In this document: piece after piece, positions 56,223-64,000 of the stretch | How the letters are laid out: each line of letters starts with the position of its first letter | Position numbering within the stretch: the stretch's first letter is position 1 | Origin: Planctomycetota bacterium | GTDB lineage: Bacteria; Planctomycetota; GCA-002687715; CAIWVZ01 | Assembly (NCBI GenBank): GCA_044222185.1 | Contig: JBGANV010000002.1 | Location: 576,001 to 640,000 of the forward strand | Reading direction: 5' to 3' | Length of the DNA stretch: 64,000 nt | Translations under genes and position numbers: made by a program | The notes under the pieces: generated by a model | Databases searched by the model: none | The model's input: only the letters and a program-made list of their open reading frames with translations | What the model was told of the DNA's origin: nothing

Positions 56223-58066
56223 TTGGCGTCAGCGATCCACAGTTCACAGGCGGAGTCTCCTCGAGGTGGGAAGGGGACCGGCGGAGCTGCCGGTTCGGTT
56301 TCCGATGGGGACTCGATCCCTCCGATTCGGTGGAACGATCGCCGGCTGCGGTGGCTGCTGGCGGCGACGGTCGTGCTCGCGATCGTCCGTCATGTGCCCT
56401 TCTGGGATCGACCGTGGGACCGTGGGGTCGCCGATGGCAACTCGTCGTTCTACTACGGCGAGCCGGTCCGGGTTTGGAATCGCCTGGGGTTCCGGCACGT
56501 GCTCGGGATGCCATTCCTTGGAGTCCTTCCGACGCGTCCCGTCATCGGCGTTCTGTATGCCCACCATCCTCCGGGCTTCGCGTGGACGACGGGCGTGGGG
56601 ATCCGGCTGCTGGGTTTCAGCGAGCGGAGCTTCCGACAGATTCCCGCGGCGTTCTGTGCGGTGTCGGGCGCGGTGCTCGTCGTGCTGCTCGCGCGACGCG
56701 GCGGGCTGAGGGTGGCGACCGTCGCTGCGGTGCTCTGGCTCTCGGTGCCCATGACGTTCATCTATGGCGCCATGTGCAATCCTGAAGCGGCGACGTGTTG
56801 TTTCGTGCTGATCACCGTGCTGCTTCACGTCGAACTTCGACATCGGCGCGCGTTCGCGTACGTCCCCGTTCTGCTCGCACACGTCGTCGCGACGTGGATG
56901 GATTGGGAGGGACACTTCACGGTGCCGGCCCTGCTCGTGTACGAGTGTCTTCGCCCGCGCGGCGACAGGCGCATCGGCCGGGTCGTCGCTCTTGGCGTCA
57001 TGGGCCTGATCGCGGCCGCAGCGGTGTTCGCAGTTCACGGATTCTGGGCGGACGTGGCTTTCGACGCGAAGGAGGCGTTGGTCGCGGGCCGGAGCTTCAC
57101 GCCACGCTTCGACCTTGCGATGACCGGTTCCTACGTGCTCAGCGGGGTGAAGAACGCGCTTTGGACCGTGCGCGGATTGGGTGAGATTCGCAGCACTCTG
57201 GCCCCGGCTGCGTGGGCGCTGAACCAGGGCGCCACCGTGCTGGAGATGCACACGATCCCCGTGATCCTCGCTGCGGTCGCGGGCGTGCTGTGTCGCGTGG
57301 TGTCGCGTGGTGTCGCGTGGTGTCGCGTGGTGTCGCGTGGTGTCGCGTGGTGTCGCGTGGTGTCGCGTGGTGTCGCGTGGTGTCGCGTGGTGTCGCGTGG
57401 TGTCGCGTGGTGTCGCGTGGTGTCGCGTGGTGTCGCGTGGTGTCGCGTGGTGAGACCGCGAACGACGCGCTTTCCCTCGGGCTCGCACTGACGATTCCCG
57501 GTGTACTGAACGTCCTGCTGTTCCGCGATCACGCAGTCGGGCACGAGTTCTGGACCTACTACGCCACGCCGGGCATCGTCGTCCTTGCAGCCGTCGCCGC
57601 TTGCCGGCTTCCGAGGACGCCCCTGCTGCTGATCGGTTTCCTCGCGTTGACGATCGTCCTCGCCACGCTCCAGGTTCACCGTCGGTTCGAGGCCTGGCAG
57701 ACGACCGAGTATCGCGACGTCGCCGCGGAGATCGACGCACTCGTCGGCGAAGACGACTCCTTTCTCGTCTGCGACGGTCGATTCCGGCGCGTCACGTACT
57801 ACATGAAGCACCGGCTGATCGCGGGCGACTTCGCGGTCAAGGACCTGATGGACATCCGCGGACTGAAGCTCGCCGGACGGATCCCGAATCCTCTCGTCTT
57901 CGTCGTCACGCCGGCGACGCCTCCGCCCGAGATCCCGGCATTCGAAGCTCAGCTCGCCGCCTTCGGTACGGTCGAGCGCGTCGACCCTGACGTCGTCGCG
58001 GCCCGACTTCCGGTGACCGCCACGATCATCTGCCCAGGGCCGATCTGGCTCGTCCGCAGTCGATAG
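56223..58066 (+). pseudogene. GT-C (ArnT/PMT-like) membrane glycosyltransferase, frameshifted within a tandem repeat
   Basis: 5' ORF (YAHHPPG, SERSFR, many TMs) and 3' ORF (LFRDHAVGHEFW, TMs) lie in different frames and meet in the 10-bp repeat tract. Start uncertain. Confidence 0.8.
57291..57450. repeat. perfect tandem repeat (TGTCGCGTGG) x16
   Basis: Directly counted 16 identical 10-bp units. Confidence 0.97.
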
Positions 58067-58082
58067 GCGGCACCGCGGCGCC

Positions 58083-58325
58083 TCACATCTTGCTGTGCGA
58101 GCCGTCGCAGAATGGCTTGTTGCCCGACTTGCGGCAGCCGCACCAGGCGACCGTCTTGGCCTCCTTCAGTTCGGTCCGCATGGGCGCGAACCCGGTTCCT
58201 TTGTGGGAGCCGTCGCAGAACGGTTGGGTCTTCGACGTCCCGCACGAGCACCAGGCGTAGGTCCCCGGCTGCTCGCCCTTCACGTAAGGCATCTTCTGCG
58301 TGCACTTCGGCAGTTCATTGGTCAT
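58083..58325 (-). CDS. CDGSH iron-sulfur protein (two CDGSH motifs, MiNT-like)
   Basis: [17 protein letters not shown] and [17 protein letters not shown]; GAAGGTG RBS. Confidence 0.93.
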   Translation of the reverse strand: MTNELPKCTQKMPYVKGEQPGTYAWCSCGTSKTQPFCDGSHKGTGFAPMRTELKEAKTVAWCGCRKSGNKPFCDGSHSKM

Positions 58326-58440
58326 CGCATCACCTTCTTCATCTGAGATCGGGTCCGTGGCGCGCCCGTTTGGAGCGCCACAGGCCGCTTCTATACTCGA
58401 CCGCTTCGTCCGCGAGAAGGCGGGAAGCGCCGAGGTCATC

Positions 58441-59832
<1,392 letters not shown>

Positions 59833-59992
59833 CCCGGGCGACCCGCCCGACGCCGCAGCGGCGCCACGACGTGAGAACGCGCGGGCGGGGGGGCGAGAAC
59901 GTGAGAACGTAAGAATGCGTGGGGCGGCGGCACGCCGCGCCGCCGCACGTCGCGCCGCATCGCATCCCGCCACGCCGAAACGACGCCGCCAC

Positions 59993-60279
59993 GGAGCGCC
60001 GCACGACCGCGAGCGAAGCGAGCGCGCGTGCGGCAGGATCGCCGGTCGTCTCGACCGGTCCGGCCGATGCGAGTTCGCGGGCGTGGCTTTCGAGGATCAT
60101 GCCGACGTTCGGGAACTCGCACCGGGCCGCGCGTTCGCGACGTGCGACGGAGTCGACGGTCGTCGGTGTCGGAATGATCATCGGATGTGCCGTGGCGGAT
60201 TGCCCTCGGCCGGCCCGGTCGAGACGACCGGCGATCCTGCCAGAGGCCCGGCGCTGCGCGCCGGGTCCTCTGGCGCTCC
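59993..60279. repeat. REPIN-like inverted doublet of GGAG-headed hairpins
   Basis: 36-bp inverted arms at 60032-60067 and 60206-60241 (1 mismatch), each capped outside by GGAGC plus an 8-bp-closed hairpin. Confidence 0.8.
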
Positions 60280-60282
60280 TCG

Positions 60283-60768
60283 CTACACGTCGCCGGGGAC
60301 GAGCGTCCAGCCGCCGAGGGAGAAACCAATGACCTGGGCACTGGAAGTCGAGGCGCCGATTTCCAACACGGAACCCGGGGCTACCACGATTGGGGGAGAG
60401 AAGTCGACACTGCTCGATCCGGCCCCGCTGGCGGCCAGGTTGATGCGTCTGGTGACGATCTGATTGTCTACGCGGACGGTGATCCGATCTGAACCCGGGA
60501 AGCCCCACGCGGGCGTGATCTGTGAGATTGCAGCCCCGGACGTTGGCGGGAACTGGAGGCGCACTCCGTAAGTCGGGTTTTCACCCGGAATGGTGAACAG
60601 CTGCGTCGCGCCTTCCCCATACGCCTGAAACCCCCGATTCAACGGCAGCTCTGCCAGCGTGATCGGACCCGTGCGCAGCGCACGCGGTGAGCCGAGCGCG
60701 GTGACGGCGAACGACGTGAGGACGAGGAACAACGCTGCGGACACCAAACCAATCGCGGCACTCTTCAT
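60283..60768 (-). CDS. hypothetical secreted/membrane-anchored protein
   Basis: AAGGAG RBS, N-terminal hydrophobic segment, beta-rich body. Confidence 0.7.
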   Translation of the reverse strand: MKSAAIGLVSAALFLVLTSFAVTALGSPRALRTGPITLAELPLNRGFQAYGEGATQLFTIPGENPTYGVRLQFPPTSGAAISQITPAWGFPGSDRITVRVDNQIVTRRINLAASGAGSSSVDFSPPIVVAPGSVLEIGASTSSAQVIGFSLGGWTLVPGDV

Positions 60769-60793
60769 GGGAGCGACTCCTTAGTCTTGAGAT

Positions 60794-62053
60794 TCAGTAG
60801 CCCAGCACGACGTGAAGCCCGTTCGTCGACGCGAGCCCGGTCGACTGAAGCACGAACGCCTGGAAGTCGGCGACGAGACACGCGAGCGACGGGTCATTCG
60901 CAATCGGCGTGCTGAACGTCCACGTGCCCGTCGCATCCGTCGTGATGACGTTGAACAGCGTCAGCGGCGGATTCTGGAGCACGAGTGAACATCCACCGGG
61001 CAGCACCACGGGCGGCGCCGCGTTGCCGGTGAAGAGAAAGCCGATCGCTCCTGGCGTCGAATTGGCCAACGTCACCGTGCCCGTCGTCCCGAGCAGCGGC
61101 AGCGTGGATGAGAGCGTCGGCGCCGGCGTTCCGCAGCTGACACCGAACGCCTGAGTCGCCGCCTGAACGGCCGTGACCAGCGTGAACGTCCCGCCCGGGC
61201 TGCCGCTCGCCGCCGCGACGTTGATCCGGTACACCTGGCCGGCCGTGGCGCCAACCGTCAGGCGCGAGCGGGTCCCGCAGCCATTGTCGTCGCACGCCAC
61301 GAGCACGAGGTTCGAGCACGGCCCGCTGAACACGCGCAAGACCGAATCGAAGCTGGCCGCGCCACCATCCGACGGGCACAGCGATACGAGCACGGACGCC
61401 GTGCACGTCGCCGTGTAGGTGTACCAGACGTCCTTTGCGACACCGCCGCACGGTGCCAGCGCGCCGCCCGACAGCGTGGCGTAGAGATTGGTGCCCGGCG
61501 TGGATCCGCTCGTGATCGGCGTCGCATCCGCGCACAGGTCATTCGCCGGGCGGATGTTCACCGTGTAGTCCTTCACGCTTCCCGATAGCGATGACCCGCA
61601 CGGGTAGTTCGGCGTCACGTTCGCCCGCAGCCGCAACCGCGTCGTCAGCGCCGACCCCGGCGGCGCCGTGATCGTGCCCGAGTACGTGCGCGTCGTTCCC
61701 GTTCCCGGATCGAGTGCGAGTGCCACGCCCTCGCTTGCGTCGATGAAGTCCCCGTCGCCGTTCCAGTCGACGTAGACCGAGACGAGGATCGGCAGCAGGA
61801 TGTTCGAGAACCAGTTGGACACGGTCACGCTGACCGGCTGCGGCACTCCCGTCGTCAGCGTGGCGAACTGCGCCGTTCGGTCCTCGTATCCGCCGCACGG
61901 ATACGAGTCGTTGATCGCCTCGAACGTGAAGTGACTCGCGAACTCACCTCCGCCGCACGGAAACGTGATCGACGCCGCGCAGTACTGGCCCGCGGCCTGG
62001 AGCGCGAGCACGGTGGACAGGAGCACCGAGAGCCCGAAGCGATGGAACCCCAT
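60794..62053 (-). CDS. secreted GEVED-domain protein with C-terminal module
   Basis: AAGGAGG RBS, signal peptide; YVDWNGDGDF..TRLRLR..GSVKDYTVNI (GEVED-like); PANDLCADA..DVWY domain; C-terminal module. Confidence 0.85.
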   Translation of the reverse strand: MGFHRFGLSVLLSTVLALQAAGQYCAASITFPCGGGEFASHFTFEAINDSYPCGGYEDRTAQFATLTTGVPQPVSVTVSNWFSNILLPILVSVYVDWNGDGDFIDASEGVALALDPGTGTTRTYSGTITAPPGSALTTRLRLRANVTPNYPCGSSLSGSVKDYTVNIRPANDLCADATPITSGSTPGTNLYATLSGGALAPCGGVAKDVWYTYTATCTASVLVSLCPSDGGAASFDSVLRVFSGPCSNLVLVACDDNGCGTRSRLTVGATAGQVYRINVAAASGSPGGTFTLVTAVQAATQAFGVSCGTPAPTLSSTLPLLGTTGTVTLANSTPGAIGFLFTGNAAPPVVLPGGCSLVLQNPPLTLFNVITTDATGTWTFSTPIANDPSLACLVADFQAFVLQSTGLASTNGLHVVLGY

Positions 62054-62145
62054 GACGACCTCCTTTGAGATCGCCGAGCATAAGGGCGACGGCCGCAGGG
62101 TCGTTTCGGAATCCGGTCGGCCGAGCTGCCGGCGTCGATGATGGC

Positions 62146-62255
62146 ATGAACATCGCAGGTGCGGTGGCGAGCGGACGTCGGTCGGAGCGGTCGGGACGAC
62201 TGGCGGTCCTGCCAGAGGCCCGGCGCTGCGCGCCGGGTCCTCTGGCGCTCCTCGC
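62146..62255. repeat. second copy of the REPIN right arm
   Basis: 62207-62255 is identical (49 bp) to 60235-60283; collinear diverged similarity extends to 62146/60174. Confidence 0.85.
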
Positions 62256-62273
62256 GGCGAAGCTTCGCGAGGA

Positions 62274-63572
62274 CTACGCCTTCTTGATCGAGTTCAGGAA
62301 CGTCTTGTACTCGGCCTCGGCCTTGGGAACGCGTTCGGACGGACCGATCAGGCGCGCGCGGATCATGCTCTTCCCGAACGGGAGGACCGCGATCCGGATT
62401 GCCTGATCGCCGTTCGTGAGCTCGTATGACGATCCCTTGCCGGCAGTGAAGGATGCCTTCCCGCCCTTCGCTTTCGGGTCCGTCTGCTTGAGCGTCTCCA
62501 CGAGGCTCTTGATGAAGTCGTCGGCGGAGGGATCGGCCGCTTCATCGACGCGAACGATCTCGATGATCACGTCATCCTTCTCGAGCCGGGAGTCGAGGAA
62601 CTGCTTGGGTCCGTCGGTGGCACCCAGGTCGATCCAGCAGGACGGCAGCTTGAATGCGATGGTGCCGTGCTCGAGTTGGCACTCGCGGAAGACGGGCTTG
62701 CGGGCCTTCAGGGCCGGGATTCCCTGGGCGATCGCCGACGTCGCCTTCGCCTCGAACTTCACTTCGCCGGAGAGCATTCCCGCGGCATCTCCGATTCCCT
62801 TGACGGTCGACGTGCCTGCAACGGCCGCGCTGACCGTCCGGTGAGCGACGGGGTCGATCTGGAGCGCCAACGTGCCCTTGTAGACGGCTCGGAACGTCAT
62901 GCCGGACTTCGTCACGTCCTGGATCGCGGTGAACATTCCCGACAGTGCGGCGTAGCCGGTCTTCTCGTCGACCTTGTCGAGCGTCACCTCATAGGAGTCG
63001 TCCGTCAGCGCGTCGTCCAGGCTCAGCAACGTCGTGACGAGCGACCGCGCCTTGACGCGAACCGTCTGTCCGACCGCGAGGCTCTCCGGCAGCCCGATCC
63101 GCAAGCCCGTTGCGGCGGATTGGGGGAGCTGCTCGTGAAGCGTCTTCTTCAGGACACGTCGCGGCGGATCGGCGACCACGTGAACGTCGTCCTTGGACTC
63201 CGTGTAGGTGAACGTCACGCCGGCGAGTGCGGGGTCGCGAATCGCGCCGTTCTTCGTGACCTGGAACTCGACGTACGTGCGCTTGTCGACGATCGGAAAC
63301 TCATCCAAGCTCCCGAGCTCGTCGAGCCAACGGGCGGATGTGCGTTCGTCCACCGTTTGCGTCGCCTCCGTCGAACCCCGCTTCATCTGGAGCTTGCCCT
63401 TCACGGTGTTCACGAGGTCGACGACGAAGGCCGCGGGCTTGTCGCCGTACCGAAGGTCATATGTGGTGGGCTGAGACGCCGGCTTCGACTCCTGGGCGAC
63501 TGCAAAGCAGCAGGTCACCAACGCAACCGAACTCGTCACGAACGTCGACCAAGGGGATGGACGCCAACTCAC
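62274..63572 (-). CDS. hypothetical secreted protein
   Basis: Signal-like N-terminus followed by QESKPASQP; beta-rich, host-like codon usage. Confidence 0.75.
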   Translation of the reverse strand: MSWRPSPWSTFVTSSVALVTCCFAVAQESKPASQPTTYDLRYGDKPAAFVVDLVNTVKGKLQMKRGSTEATQTVDERTSARWLDELGSLDEFPIVDKRTYVEFQVTKNGAIRDPALAGVTFTYTESKDDVHVVADPPRRVLKKTLHEQLPQSAATGLRIGLPESLAVGQTVRVKARSLVTTLLSLDDALTDDSYEVTLDKVDEKTGYAALSGMFTAIQDVTKSGMTFRAVYKGTLALQIDPVAHRTVSAAVAGTSTVKGIGDAAGMLSGEVKFEAKATSAIAQGIPALKARKPVFRECQLEHGTIAFKLPSCWIDLGATDGPKQFLDSRLEKDDVIIEIVRVDEAADPSADDFIKSLVETLKQTDPKAKGGKASFTAGKGSSYELTNGDQAIRIAVLPFGKSMIRARLIGPSERVPKAEAEYKTFLNSIKKA

Positions 63573-63662
63573 GATCGTCTCCAGAATGGGTTGCTCCGCG
63601 TGTCCGCTGGCGGCGAGTGTACCGAGCGCTTCGGTGAAACTGAGGGGCGCTGTCTCGGAATC

Positions 63663-64000
63663 TCAGGCACGCCGCGCGATGGCCGCGACGCGCTCCTCGA
63701 ACACGGCCAGCGTGGGCGCGCGCAGCAGTCCGACGCGGGACTCGTCGTCGATGGGAATGCCGACGGCCAGGCGTCGGTAGAGCTGCTTCATCTGCCCGAG
63801 CGTTCCCAGATCGGTTGCACCCTCGCGGAACATGCCATCGCGGTACGCCGCGTGGAAGCGAGCGAGATCGTCCGCGGTGACGACCGGCTCGGGCTCGCCG
63901 CGCGCCCGCGCCGCGAGCCGGGCGAAGATCCAGGGATCGCGGATGGCGCCCCGGCCGATCATCACGCCGTCGACGCCGCACTCCCTCAGCATGCGGTGCG
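63663..64000 (-). CDS. tRNA-dihydrouridine synthase family protein (3' part, partial)
   Basis: GVDGVMIGRGAIRDPWIF is the Dus-family motif; the ORF runs off the window end. Confidence 0.85.
   Translation of the reverse strand, partial: HRMLRECGVDGVMIGRGAIRDPWIFARLAARARGEPEPVVTADDLARFHAAYRDGMFREGATDLGTLGQMKQLYRRLAVGIPIDDESRVGLLRAPTLAVFEERVAAIARRA

Noticed and set aside
57291-57450. CRISPR array
   Set aside because: Contiguous 10-bp units with no spacers, and no cas genes in the window.
59868-59980. Short GTGAGAAC-like and pentamer (CGCAC/CGCAT) repeats after fumC
   Set aside because: Few, degenerate low-complexity copies with no supportable function.
60174-62255. Integron cassette array
   Set aside because: No RYYYAAC/GTTRRRY attC ends and no integron integrase.

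Overview
High-GC bacterial chromosomal window, most consistent with a Planctomycetota genome (inferred from ECF sigma/Ser-Thr kinase pairs, sulfatase-like proteins and the style of the secreted proteins). It holds: (i) scattered and clustered surface-glycan genes (O-antigen ligase, gmd, many GT4/GT2 genes, a membrane sulfatase-like transferase, a Kelch-type lipoprotein); (ii) housekeeping genes (def, plsC-like, aspartate-type aminotransferase, fumC, dus, tRNA-Leu(GAG)); (iii) an alpha-glucan hydrolase pair; (iv) an ~18.5 kb signalling island of three ECF sigma factors and three TPR Ser/Thr kinases, bracketed by two divergently transcribed large secreted proteins. Most notable: a recurring, apparently unnamed ~110-aa module in four unrelated secreted proteins (candidate sorting/anchoring signal); three ECFs with T, S or E at the known phospho-switch position; a membrane glycosyltransferase frameshifted by a perfect 16 x 10-bp repeat (candidate phase variation, or assembly artefact); a GT4 gene split by a +1 frameshift; and a family of GGAG-headed REP/REPIN-like elements. 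Products were assigned by eye from motifs. No database searches were run, and several start codons were moved from the supplied ORF track using RBS and overlap evidence.
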